Shown here piece after piece: positions 35,827 through 45,079 of a stretch of 46,208 nucleotides of DNA. The position numbers and the translations under genes are program-made. Source of the stretch: a virus. The notes below the pieces were generated by a model. It did not search any database. It had not been told where the DNA came from and saw only the letters and a list, made by a program, of their open reading frames with translations. Positions within the stretch are counted from its first letter, which is position 1, and each line of letters begins with the position of its first letter. The stretch is from the IMG/VR virus record IMGVR_UViG_3300028883_000069; one strand, written 5' to 3'.

Positions 35827-36071
35827 TGGGAAAGAAAAAGCAGTTTACATTGTCTCATGTTAAAGAGAATTCACAACTTTTTAGAAAGGCGTTGCCTTTT
35901 GATATTACTTATCATGGTAAGGTTATTTGTACCTGTATACATCCAGGGGGTATTTGGCGAGAGTGTGAAAATTGTGGTGAGAACACTTTAAATATAGAAG
36001 AGTTTAGAGATAAGGAGGGTCACTGGAAGAAGTTAATTTTATGCGATAAATGTGCTGATGAGCTCCTTTGA
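35826..36071 (+). CDS. zinc-ribbon protein (81 aa)
   Basis: CENCG...CDKCADE. TAATG overlap with terS. Confidence 0.65.
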   Translation: MGKKKQFTLSHVKENSQLFRKALPFDITYHGKVICTCIHPGGIWRECENCGENTLNIEEFRDKEGHWKKLILCDKCADELL

Positions 36072-36336
36072 GAAGGCAAGGTGTTATGTGTGCAAGGACA
36101 TTGTGCCAAGGTTTATGACGTTGATAGTGAGCACGCCAAAGGGAAAATTTCGGGTGTGCCAAGACTGCTATCGAAGGATTGAAATGGATAAGATGAACGA
36201 AAGGTATCAGACGACCAAGGAGAATATAAAGATCTACAACATGAAGGATATAGATGCTTACAAGATAATTAAGGAGAGAGAGAAATTTTTAAAAGATATT
36301 AAAGAAGGAAAACTAAACCGTGGCAAAACATCTTGA
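36052..36336 (+). CDS. zinc-ribbon protein (94 aa)
   Basis: CYVCKD...CQDCYRR. Confidence 0.65.
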   Translation: MLMSSFEKARCYVCKDIVPRFMTLIVSTPKGKFRVCQDCYRRIEMDKMNERYQTTKENIKIYNMKDIDAYKIIKEREKFLKDIKEGKLNRGKTS

Positions 36337-37447
36337 TTTATTTACAGGTTATGGTGGCTTTACAATTCCTGCTAGGAAGTACGGAATAGATACGGTTAAT
36401 TTTAGTGAGGTAGACAAGTATGCAAATGCAGTTTTACAATACAGATTCCCGAATATCAAAAATCTCGGAGATGTCTGCAAAATCAAAAAGGAAGATATTT
36501 CCGAACCTATTGATATTATCACAGGGGGAAGCCCTTGCCAGGACTTATCAGTTGCTGGAAAAGGTGCTGGACTCAATGGAGCTAGGAGTGGACTATTTTT
36601 TCACTTCATCCGACTCATTAGCGAAATCCAACCTACTTATTTTATCTGGGAGAATGTTAAAGGAGCTTTTAGCTCTCAGAGAGGATGGGACTTTGCAAGG
36701 GTGCAAATTGAAATGGAACAAGCAGGGTATGATGTATGGTGGCAACTTCTCAATGCCAAAGATTTCGGGGTACCACAAAACAGAGAGCGTATCTTTGCAA
36801 TCGGTATTAGAAAAGGAAGTGGACGAGAAATACTATTTGAGCAAAGAGAGTCAGGACAAAATATTAGCAAGATTGTAAACACAGGACACGATGGAACAAA
36901 CGTGTTTAGTCCAGATGGAACTGGTGTAACACTAAAAGCTAACGGAGGAGGACAAGGTGCAAAGACTGGGTTGTATGCAGTAGCAAGTAGAAACCGAGGA
37001 AACGGAAAGAAAGCAGAGTTTAGAGATGACGCTTATAACTCACTCACAAGTGTTAAGTCAGATAGTATGGTGGCAATACCTATGAGATGGAGTAGAACAG
37101 AAAAGGGAAAGAAAGCGAGAAAGGAGTCAATGAAAAAAGGTAAGGACTACACACCGTTTAACAGAGGACACAGAAAGTTAGTAGAAAGTGGGGAAGATAT
37201 ATCTGGCTGTGTAACTAATGCACTTAAAAAAGATAGTTTATTAAAAGAAGATATGCGAATAAGAAGACTAACTCCTACAGAAACAGAAAGGTTAATGGGG
37301 CTAGAAGATGGGTGGACTGCTAAGGGTATTATGGACGGAGAAGAAGTGGACATATCAGACACTCAGAGGTATAAGATGTGTGGTAATGGTGTAGTAGTGA
37401 ATTGTGTAGATTATATATATAGTATAATGCTAAATGGCAAAACATAG
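36320..37447 (+). CDS. dcm: DNA (cytosine-5)-methyltransferase
   Basis: Motifs in order: DLFTGYGGF (I), GGSPCQDLSVAG (IV), ENVKG (VI), QNRER (VIII), GNGV (X). GTG start. Confidence 0.9.
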   Translation: MAKHLDLFTGYGGFTIPARKYGIDTVNFSEVDKYANAVLQYRFPNIKNLGDVCKIKKEDISEPIDIITGGSPCQDLSVAGKGAGLNGARSGLFFHFIRLISEIQPTYFIWENVKGAFSSQRGWDFARVQIEMEQAGYDVWWQLLNAKDFGVPQNRERIFAIGIRKGSGREILFEQRESGQNISKIVNTGHDGTNVFSPDGTGVTLKANGGGQGAKTGLYAVASRNRGNGKKAEFRDDAYNSLTSVKSDSMVAIPMRWSRTEKGKKARKESMKKGKDYTPFNRGHRKLVESGEDISGCVTNALKKDSLLKEDMRIRRLTPTETERLMGLEDGWTAKGIMDGEEVDISDTQRYKMCGNGVVVNCVDYIYSIMLNGKT

Positions 37448-38834
37448 TATAAGTACAAGTGATTTAAAGATAACCTTTGACGGTAAGGTCATGTACGACC
37501 CGTTACCCCAGCAGAGAAGGTTTCATTTAAGTCCTGCCAAGTACAGGCTCCTAGGAGGTGCTGTAGGAGGTGGTAAGACGGCTGCAATAATTGCTGAGGC
37601 CATAATGCGTTCTTTAAAGTACGACTTCCCATTAACGGGTGCTATATTTAGGAGGAGTTTTCCTGAATTGGATGCTACGATAATTCGCACGATGTTAGAA
37701 ATGCTCCCTGAGTGGTTATACAAATACAACCAGGCTCAGCACGTAATGACACTTAAAAACGGTTCTATTATAGAGTTTTGCTATGCAGAGACAGATTCAG
37801 ACGTTATAAGGTATCAGTCAAGAGAGTGGGATTGGCTGGGGATTGACGAGTTGACGCATTTTTCAGAGTATCAGTTTACCTATTTATGTACTCGTGTTAG
37901 AACGGTCAAGCCGATTAATACTAAAATCTTTGCTGGGACTAACCCAGGAGGGCGAGGACATAAGTTTGTAAAAGAAAGGTTTGTGACTAAAAATTGTTTA
38001 GAAGAAAACTACAATCCTAAAGACTACGATTTTATTAAGGCAGGTATACAGGACAACCCGTACTTAATGGAAAACAACCCTGATTATTTGGAGAATCTTA
38101 AAATGCTTCCTGAAGATGAGAGGAAAAGACTCTTAGAGGGTGACTGGGACGCTGTGTCGGGTATGTTCTTTACAGAGTGGAGTCCTACAAGGCACGTGGT
38201 GGACGATTTTGACGTTCCCGAGGACTGGCAACTGATTATGGGGTGGGACGACGGGACTAGAGAGCCCAGGAGTGTACACGTTTATGCCATAGACAACGAC
38301 CAGAGGGTATGGTGTATTTGGGAGTATTACGAAAAGGAAGAAAACTTGGCTGTAGCAGCGGAGAAAATAAAAAAACTGCTACAAGATAATGGTATGTGGA
38401 ATAGAATGTATAAGTGTGTGGTAGACCCCAGTATGAAACGTATAGATAGTCATACGGGCCTGAGTAGTGTAGACGTGCTTGAGGGGTTAGGCTATGGGTT
38501 TGGTATAGGAAACGTGGAATTGGGAAACAATAAAAGAGTAGAAGGTTGGCGTGTTATGAAAACGTATTTGAGCCATAAGCCTTATGAGGAGCCCTTGATA
38601 AAATTCTTTAAAAGTTGTAATAATATTATACGTACAATTCCTGAGCTCATGTATTATGAGCCCAGAAGTAGTGCGAGTAGTAAGAAGGAGGATTTGGATA
38701 CTACACAAGAGGATCACGCGGCAGACGACTGTCGTTATGTGCTGATGTCTCTGGACAGACTTCCTTCACGCTTTGAGAGTTCTAGCTACGTAACATTAAA
38801 GAAGCGTGGTTATAACCCAAAGACGGTATATTAA
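37434..38834 (+). CDS. terL: terminase large subunit
   Basis: Walker A GGAVGGGKTAA, Walker B WLGIDELTH, and a C-terminal nuclease-like region with acidic residues (EDHAADD). Confidence 0.85.
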   Translation: MAKHSISTSDLKITFDGKVMYDPLPQQRRFHLSPAKYRLLGGAVGGGKTAAIIAEAIMRSLKYDFPLTGAIFRRSFPELDATIIRTMLEMLPEWLYKYNQAQHVMTLKNGSIIEFCYAETDSDVIRYQSREWDWLGIDELTHFSEYQFTYLCTRVRTVKPINTKIFAGTNPGGRGHKFVKERFVTKNCLEENYNPKDYDFIKAGIQDNPYLMENNPDYLENLKMLPEDERKRLLEGDWDAVSGMFFTEWSPTRHVVDDFDVPEDWQLIMGWDDGTREPRSVHVYAIDNDQRVWCIWEYYEKEENLAVAAEKIKKLLQDNGMWNRMYKCVVDPSMKRIDSHTGLSSVDVLEGLGYGFGIGNVELGNNKRVEGWRVMKTYLSHKPYEEPLIKFFKSCNNIIRTIPELMYYEPRSSASSKKEDLDTTQEDHAADDCRYVLMSLDRLPSRFESSSYVTLKKRGYNPKTVY

Positions 38835-38851
38835 TTATTATAAGGAGTAGT

Positions 38852-39481
38852 ATGAGTAAATATTATATGTACCTTGCCGAGAACTATAACGGCCCAGACC
38901 CCTTCATGACGGAGTGGGATTATGAGTCTATCGGCGACAGGTTACGCAAAGAGTTCGACGAATACTTTGCTAAAGAAGAACAAAGACAGAACGCTGGTGC
39001 TGGAAAGACCAAGCAATTATTTAGGGGAGAGTATGTTAAGAAGTTCATGATTTCCAAGAGGGTTAATTTAATAGACAATCCTGCTAATGGAAACCTCAAA
39101 TCCGTGTTTGTACTTAGAAAAGGCGAAAAGAAACTCGTAGACGGAAGAGCAAGGAAGGCTTTTTCTAGGTTTGAGTACAAAATTAAGTCCAGTTCTGACG
39201 GTTTAGTGTCAGACCCGACAGGTTTTATCAAGTTTGAGGTCGTAGAACCCGAAGAAAATGTCGAAAATGCTCAAAAAACTTTCAAAGTTGAAGGAAATGA
39301 TATAGAATATTTCCAAGAAGAAGAGAAAATCGAAGAAAAAGAACAGAAAATTGAAGAAATTGTTAAAAAAGAGACAAAAAAGGCAGAAAAAGAAGAATTT
39401 ACCTGCGAAATATGTGGAAAATCGTTTGATAGCAATAGAGCATTACACGCACATAGCTTAGTTCATAAAAAGGATAAATGA
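38852..39481 (+). CDS. protein with acidic/K-E-rich linker and a C-terminal canonical C2H2 zinc finger
   Basis: FTCEICGKSFDSNRALHAHSLVH (39407..39475) fits (F/Y)xCx2Cx3Fx5Lx2Hx3H exactly. Confidence 0.8.
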   Translation: MSKYYMYLAENYNGPDPFMTEWDYESIGDRLRKEFDEYFAKEEQRQNAGAGKTKQLFRGEYVKKFMISKRVNLIDNPANGNLKSVFVLRKGEKKLVDGRARKAFSRFEYKIKSSSDGLVSDPTGFIKFEVVEPEENVENAQKTFKVEGNDIEYFQEEEKIEEKEQKIEEIVKKETKKAEKEEFTCEICGKSFDSNRALHAHSLVHKKDK

Positions 39482-39762
39482 GCACACGAATACAAATAGG
39501 AATACCCATATCAACGGACAGTGTTCCTAGCGCTTTTTACAAATGGTTTGATGATATTAAGGAAAAATACGAATTTCGCACAATGGAAGTTAAAAATGGG
39601 GAGATTCAAGTAGTAAGAGTAAGGACTCCCATAGAGGGAATTAGAGTAGTAGAACACCTTAAGTACGGCAAAATAGTCTCTGATAGTTCAGGGGAATCAT
39701 TAGAAAGAACATTTATTCCACGCTATAGTAGAGAAAGGGACGAGATTATTTTAGAACAATAA
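39478..39762 (+). CDS. hypothetical protein (94 aa)
   Basis: ATGA overlap with the upstream gene. Confidence 0.65.
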   Translation: MSTRIQIGIPISTDSVPSAFYKWFDDIKEKYEFRTMEVKNGEIQVVRVRTPIEGIRVVEHLKYGKIVSDSSGESLERTFIPRYSRERDEIILEQ

Positions 39763-39779
39763 AATAAACAAACTTTAAA

Positions 39780-42059
39780 ATGGAAGAAAAAACTTTGCCT
39801 AAAAGGCGTTATACTAAAGCAGAAGCCGAAGTAATAGATAAAGTACGCAGTGATTTTAATAATTCTAAAAAGTCTCGCCAAAATAGCTGCTACTGGGGAG
39901 CACCCTCAACGAGTGGTAATTGGCAAGAACGATGGGATTTACAAGAGAAAATAGATTTAGGCTGGGCACAACCGCCAAAGCAAGACGAGTTTGAGAGTAA
40001 TGTAAAGTCCCCAATGAGTTCAGGAAGAATAGAGTCTACCATGCACAAGTTAAAGAAATTAGACTTACAGTTTGTGGTTAGACCTGATGATATAAAAGAT
40101 CCTAAAGACAAGCGTAAAGCAAGGGTAATACAAGAATTACTCAATAACCTGTTTGAACGAAGAGAGTATAAAGCACGTATGGTAACGTGGTTTAAAGACT
40201 GTTTGGTTCATGGTACAGCGTTTATGCACGTTTATTATTTGAGAAAAAAGAGAAAGGTTCAAATGCCTAAAACAGACGTTGATAAAATGTCTGACGAGGA
40301 AAAAGAGAAACTACAAAACAGAGAGAAATTGTTTGAAGAGGACGTTTTATATGATTACGACGACATAGCCTTTGAGCCTGTTAAAATACAGGAAATATTT
40401 GTCGACCCGAGTGCAAGAAACTTACACGGTACAAGCTACGAGGCACAGTATATTATAAGAAGAATGCTACCATCGCTGGCACAATTTAAAGCAATGTATT
40501 CAGCCGACCCTGACGCTAAGAACGTCAATAAGGTAAGGCCTGTTTCTCACTATATTGGGGAAGAGACTGAGTTCTTTGAGCCCCCAACCGACGTGGACAA
40601 CGACGAGTATGTTGAAGTCCTACACTACTATAACAAGGCTGAAGACAAGTATGTGGTGGTAGCAAACGACGTTTTAATCAAAGATATGCCACTACCATAC
40701 AAGCACAAACAACTACCTTTTATTAAAATCGACGCTTACGAAGTACCGCACCAATTCTATGGTATGGGCATTCCTGATAAACTAATGAATATACAAGGTG
40801 AAGAAGAAATTCTTAAGAATCTAGTCTACGATAGGTTACATATTACAGCCAATCCTATAGTAAAAGTGAAAAAAAGTATCTATGGGGAGTTTAGTAAAGC
40901 TTATCAGACTGCAGAGCCTGGGTTAATGATACCAGTCAATCAGCAAGACGATGTAGAGCCGTTAGAGTACCAGACAATGAACTTTGATATGTTTAGAGGG
41001 ATAGACGCACTTAATAGAGACGCAGTATTAGCGACACAGATAGACCCAATTCAAATGGGTGTTAACCAAAAGTATGTTTCTGCCACAACGAGTATGCTCA
41101 CAAAAGAGCAGATGGATACATACATACTGAGTTTAGTAGAAACATGGACAGAGCCACTTAACACAGCGGCAAAGCAGATAATATCTCTTATGGAGCAATT
41201 TTACACAGTGCCTAGGGTTGAGGCGGCAGGTAAGACTGCTAAAAACAAGAGAGTAAGGCTTGCTGATATAGAGATTAATCCTAAGACACTAGAAGTTACC
41301 GAAAAAAGAGGTAAGTATACAGACTTAGAAATAAGTGAAGAATACTTTAATATTAACGGAGATTGGGATGTGGAGATAGATTCAGAGAGTGTAGAAGTAC
41401 AGAGTAAGGCTATAGAAATGCAAAAGAGTCAGGCAGCGATAGCCCAGTTGGCACCATTTATGGTAGATCCTCAAAACACTCAGGCTACTATGCAACACCC
41501 AACACCGTGGGTAGACGGGCCTAAGACACTGGAGTGGTATATGGAGACCAATAATATACCAAGAGAGTTAATGGCTGTATTAGCAGAAGACGAGGACATT
41601 TCTATAGAGAGAGCAGAACTGCAGGGCAAAAAGATGTTGGGTGGAGATATAGTACCAGGTATTCCAGGAGAGTCTGAAGTGCATAAGAAAGTCCACGTTG
41701 GACAATTAAGAGTTATAAATGACCAAAGGCAGAAGATAGAAGACCAGTTGGGTGAATTACCTCCAGAAATGATGCAAATGATAATGGAGACCCCAGAAGG
41801 GCAGAAACTACAGGAATTAGACGAGAAGGCAAGGATACTCGCAGACCACTTAAGGACTGATGATTTACCGAAAGCAGCAGGGGTGCAGGTAGCAGCCGAC
41901 CAGGCAGCACCACCACCACCACCAGAGGTTCCAATGCCACCAGGATTAACTCCAGCAGGGGGTGGACAACCACCAATGCCAGCAGGAGGCAATCAACAGA
42001 GTGGTATGGCACCACAAATGCCAGAGGGTAGACCCCCAATGGCCGAAACAGGTATTTAA
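39780..42059 (+). CDS. portal protein (759 aa) with Pro-rich C-terminal tail
   Basis: Its size and its position between terL and the scaffold/capsid genes. C-terminal PPPPPEVPMPPGLTPAGGGQPPMPAGG. The call is positional plus general portal-like composition. Confidence 0.75.
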   Translation: MEEKTLPKRRYTKAEAEVIDKVRSDFNNSKKSRQNSCYWGAPSTSGNWQERWDLQEKIDLGWAQPPKQDEFESNVKSPMSSGRIESTMHKLKKLDLQFVVRPDDIKDPKDKRKARVIQELLNNLFERREYKARMVTWFKDCLVHGTAFMHVYYLRKKRKVQMPKTDVDKMSDEEKEKLQNREKLFEEDVLYDYDDIAFEPVKIQEIFVDPSARNLHGTSYEAQYIIRRMLPSLAQFKAMYSADPDAKNVNKVRPVSHYIGEETEFFEPPTDVDNDEYVEVLHYYNKAEDKYVVVANDVLIKDMPLPYKHKQLPFIKIDAYEVPHQFYGMGIPDKLMNIQGEEEILKNLVYDRLHITANPIVKVKKSIYGEFSKAYQTAEPGLMIPVNQQDDVEPLEYQTMNFDMFRGIDALNRDAVLATQIDPIQMGVNQKYVSATTSMLTKEQMDTYILSLVETWTEPLNTAAKQIISLMEQFYTVPRVEAAGKTAKNKRVRLADIEINPKTLEVTEKRGKYTDLEISEEYFNINGDWDVEIDSESVEVQSKAIEMQKSQAAIAQLAPFMVDPQNTQATMQHPTPWVDGPKTLEWYMETNNIPRELMAVLAEDEDISIERAELQGKKMLGGDIVPGIPGESEVHKKVHVGQLRVINDQRQKIEDQLGELPPEMMQMIMETPEGQKLQELDEKARILADHLRTDDLPKAAGVQVAADQAAPPPPPEVPMPPGLTPAGGGQPPMPAGGNQQSGMAPQMPEGRPPMAETGI

Positions 42060-42076
42060 AATTTAATAGTAGTAGT

Positions 42077-42367
42077 ATGAGAAAGAAACAAATGCCCGTG
42101 GCAAAGAGTGCCATACAAGAACTGTCAGGAGACCAGTTAGAAGTATTGGCAGAATTTTCTAAGAGTGAAGAGTTTGAGATATTAAAAGAATTGGCTGACA
42201 AGGAGAAGTATAAGAGGTATCAAATGGAGTTTTTAACGGTTAGTGATATGGAGGAAGTGAGTTTTCTAAGGGGCCTTAATGTTGGCATAGATTTCATACT
42301 AGACTCAGCAAACAGAGCCAAGGAAGAGCTCAAGGCTCGTGGAGCTCAAGTTGACAGTGAGGAATAA
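42077..42367 (+). CDS. hypothetical protein (96 aa)
   Basis: ORF in the head module. Confidence 0.6.
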   Translation: MRKKQMPVAKSAIQELSGDQLEVLAEFSKSEEFEILKELADKEKYKRYQMEFLTVSDMEEVSFLRGLNVGIDFILDSANRAKEELKARGAQVDSEE

Positions 42368-42389
42368 ATAAAATAATATATAAGCATAT

Positions 42390-42578
42390 ATGGATAAGAA
42401 GCAGGAGAAGTTTGAGGAAATATATATAAAGTTTGTCAGGAAGTGTCTTAGTGAAGACATTATGCCTGTAGTAGCTTTACAATACGAAGTGAATGGAATC
42501 TTTCCGATTCTTAAGTACACGCAAGTGGACAAGAAGAGAAAGAATGAAATTCTTAGCTCTTTAAATGAGGAAAAGTAA
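42390..42578 (+). CDS. hypothetical protein (62 aa)
   Basis: ORF in the head module. Confidence 0.5.
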   Translation: MDKKQEKFEEIYIKFVRKCLSEDIMPVVALQYEVNGIFPILKYTQVDKKRKNEILSSLNEEK

Positions 42579-42600
42579 ATAAATTTTTTAATTCGTATAT

Positions 42601-43419
42601 ATGGACGAAGAGAATACACAGGTTACGGCCCAGGAAACCCCTGAAGCTCCTGAGACGCAGGAAACTGCCGAGGTAGCGCAGGACGTTGAGCAAGCCAAAA
42701 CCAATACCCCACCCTCTAGCGAGGTGGACGTAGAAGAGGGCGCTAGTGAGACACAGACTGATACACCTGATGTCAAATGGGAGAATGATAAGAGGAGTAT
42801 GTCAGAAAAGATTAAGGCGTTAGAGAATGAAAAGAACGAGTATCTTCAGAAGGTCAAATTGTTAGAAGCGCTTGATAGTGCGGCTGCAAACGACCCTGAA
42901 TTTATGAAGCTAGCAAATAAGAAGCTGGTCGAACAAGGAGTGCTTGACGAGTCCGTATTGCAGCAGTTAGACGTAAGTCCCCAGAAAACTGACGGAGTAC
43001 AGTCTGACCCAGCGATACAGTGGGCTCAGCAGAAGATGCGAGAAGAAAAGGAAAAGAGGGAAAAGTTCTTCATAGATTTTGAAGACAGACACCCTGACCT
43101 TAAAGAGGGCAAGCCAGAAGTTGTACGAGCAAATCGTAGTGCCATTGGTGCTGCGGCTGCAAAGCGTATGGCGGAAGGAATGTCTGAGGCAGATGCCTAC
43201 GAATTCGCATACAAATTGATAATGAACCCGACACAGTTAGTGGAAGAAGGTAAATTACAAGGTTTAGCACAAGCACAGAATGCTTCCCCAGCGGAAGGAG
43301 CTGCTTCAGGAGGCTCAGCACAATCTACGGGAGGAGTAGAATTAACCCCACAACAAAAAGAAGCTGCGAGACTCTTCGGCATTACAGAAGAAGAATATGC
43401 AAACAGTTTAGAGGAGTAA
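42601..43419 (+). CDS. scaffolding protein candidate
   Basis: Acidic N-terminus and helical K/E-rich body, immediately upstream of the capsid genes. Confidence 0.6.
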   Translation: MDEENTQVTAQETPEAPETQETAEVAQDVEQAKTNTPPSSEVDVEEGASETQTDTPDVKWENDKRSMSEKIKALENEKNEYLQKVKLLEALDSAAANDPEFMKLANKKLVEQGVLDESVLQQLDVSPQKTDGVQSDPAIQWAQQKMREEKEKREKFFIDFEDRHPDLKEGKPEVVRANRSAIGAAAAKRMAEGMSEADAYEFAYKLIMNPTQLVEEGKLQGLAQAQNASPAEGAASGGSAQSTGGVELTPQQKEAARLFGITEEEYANSLEE

Positions 43420-43455
43420 CATCCTTTAATATATAAATTTTGAGGATTTATCACC

Positions 43456-43908
43456 ATGTATGGAGCAAGAGTGATTAAATCTCTTTCAGGTGCAGACCAT
43501 GTACATATGGAGTTTAACGCTAGCGGCACATTTGCTGCTAATGATTTTGTTAAATTCGACGACGCAGGAGAAATTGAAGTCGGTGCAGGTGCATCTGCAA
43601 TACTAGGAGTTGCCAGAGAGGCTGGTGCTAGTGGTACAGACAATGTATTAGTAGACATCTCACCTCACATGGTAGTCCTTATGGACAACGATAATGACAG
43701 TGCAACATTTGCTGCAACAGACGTAGGAGACTATGCTGACTTCACAGGTGGAACAGGTGCACAGGTAGTTAATACCGACGGTCTTGGAACATCCGTAGCA
43801 AACCTCAGATGCTTAGAATATAACCCACAAGGTTATGGACTAGACTCTGACACAAGCATTGGATTATTCTTCGTTGTAGAAAGAGAGCTAGCAGAGCTAG
43901 CAACATAA
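43456..43908 (+). CDS. capsid accessory/decoration protein candidate (150 aa)
   Basis: It lies between the scaffold and major capsid genes. The motif FVKFDDAGEIEVGAGASAILGVAREAGASG resembles DUF2190-type head proteins (weak). Confidence 0.5.
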   Translation: MYGARVIKSLSGADHVHMEFNASGTFAANDFVKFDDAGEIEVGAGASAILGVAREAGASGTDNVLVDISPHMVVLMDNDNDSATFAATDVGDYADFTGGTGAQVVNTDGLGTSVANLRCLEYNPQGYGLDSDTSIGLFFVVERELAELAT

Positions 43909-43936
43909 TATATTTTATTTTAATTAGATTTAGAAC

Positions 43937-44914
43937 ATGGCAAATTCAGCAGTTTCAACACCCGCAACAATTGTTTCTAACTCAAAACTTGTAGACCCAG
44001 GGATTAAAGCTGTCTTGGCTGATGAGTACAAAATGCTTGATGAAAAACTTATGAAGATTTTCAAGAGCGTTGAACTACGAACAATCAGTGAAGATTTTGC
44101 TGGATACGCTGGTTTAGCAGGAATTCCTTTAGTCGATGAGGCAGAGGAATTCGGTGAGGATGCGATAATGCATACTTACGACACGACATTAACAGCATAC
44201 AAATATGGTCAACTTATGCCAATTTCTTATGAATTGCTTGAGGACGACCTATCTGGTGCTATTGAGAAAGCCAAGTATGGCTCAAGAGCGTTAGTAAGGA
44301 AAGCAGAGGAACTAGGCTCAAGTGTGTTTCATAATGCATTTAGCACTTCCTACACATCTTATGGCGATGGCCTACCACTATGTTCAACAGCTCACACAAG
44401 AGCTGATGGTGGTTCTAATCAGAGCAATGCCAGCTCAACAAGTGTAGCTCTTACAGAGAGCAACTTGGAGACAGGTATAATTGCAATGAGGGAGCAATTG
44501 GACGACAGAGGTAATCTTATCTCAGTTGTACCAAATGTATTGCTTGTACCTCCTGCATTAGAAAAGGAAGCTATCCAAATCACTAAGAGTGCAAACAGGA
44601 GCGGAACAGCAGACAATGACGTAAATGTCTACAATATGAAGCAGTATACAGGTGGTCAACTTAATGTAATCGTTTGGGATTACTTAGGCTCAGCCGCAGG
44701 TGGATCTGACACAGCTTGGTTCTTACTATCTCAAGGAGACCATCAGGTCAATTGGGGATGGAGAAGGAAACCAGCCGTAAAGAGATTAGACGAGAGCGTC
44801 GGTGCAAAGAACGAAATCTACTACTGGAAGATGTCCTTTAGGGCAGCTTACGGTTGGAGAGACTGGCGAGGTGTATGGGGGTCTCAAGGAGACGCAAGTT
44901 CATACGCAAGTTAG
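43937..44914 (+). CDS. major capsid protein (HK97-fold candidate, 325 aa)
   Basis: Its size, position and composition. The C-terminal YYWKMSFRAAYGW pattern is typical of HK97-like capsid proteins. Confidence 0.75.
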   Translation: MANSAVSTPATIVSNSKLVDPGIKAVLADEYKMLDEKLMKIFKSVELRTISEDFAGYAGLAGIPLVDEAEEFGEDAIMHTYDTTLTAYKYGQLMPISYELLEDDLSGAIEKAKYGSRALVRKAEELGSSVFHNAFSTSYTSYGDGLPLCSTAHTRADGGSNQSNASSTSVALTESNLETGIIAMREQLDDRGNLISVVPNVLLVPPALEKEAIQITKSANRSGTADNDVNVYNMKQYTGGQLNVIVWDYLGSAAGGSDTAWFLLSQGDHQVNWGWRRKPAVKRLDESVGAKNEIYYWKMSFRAAYGWRDWRGVWGSQGDASSYAS

Positions 44915-45079
44915 TATAATTGAAGCTACTAAGTGCTTTATAACTCAACTTAGTCGGGTGGTGGGCGTAACTTACCGAGACTTTACGGTTGCACTTGGTT
45001 GGGTCAAGTCATAATTCTAGCGACTCAACTGGTGTAAACTACACTGGGTGCAACTCATTTTAGTTTATTATTTATATTA

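Noticed and set aside
41480-42201. - strand ORFs (41480..41992, 41713..42201) opposite the portal 3' end
   Set aside because: They are antisense shadows of the Pro/Gly-rich portal tail (GGN/CCN symmetry). They have no start context and conflict with the operon orientation.
43197-43658. 153-aa - strand ORF spanning the scaffold/decoration gene junction
   Set aside because: It is antisense to two well-placed head genes and its Ala/Ser/Pro-rich translation is typical of a shadow ORF.
44802-45014. 70-aa + strand ORF overlapping the end of the capsid gene
   Set aside because: It is out of frame with and mostly inside the capsid gene, and it has no RBS. It is likely spurious.
44915-45079. Intrinsic terminator after the major capsid gene (GTTGCAC 44989..44995 pairing with GTGCAAC 45048..45054, then a T-rich tail)
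   Set aside because: The 7-bp stem encloses a loop of about 50 nt, and I could not draw a compact GC-rich hairpin next to the T-run. It is plausible as attenuation but not supportable by eye.
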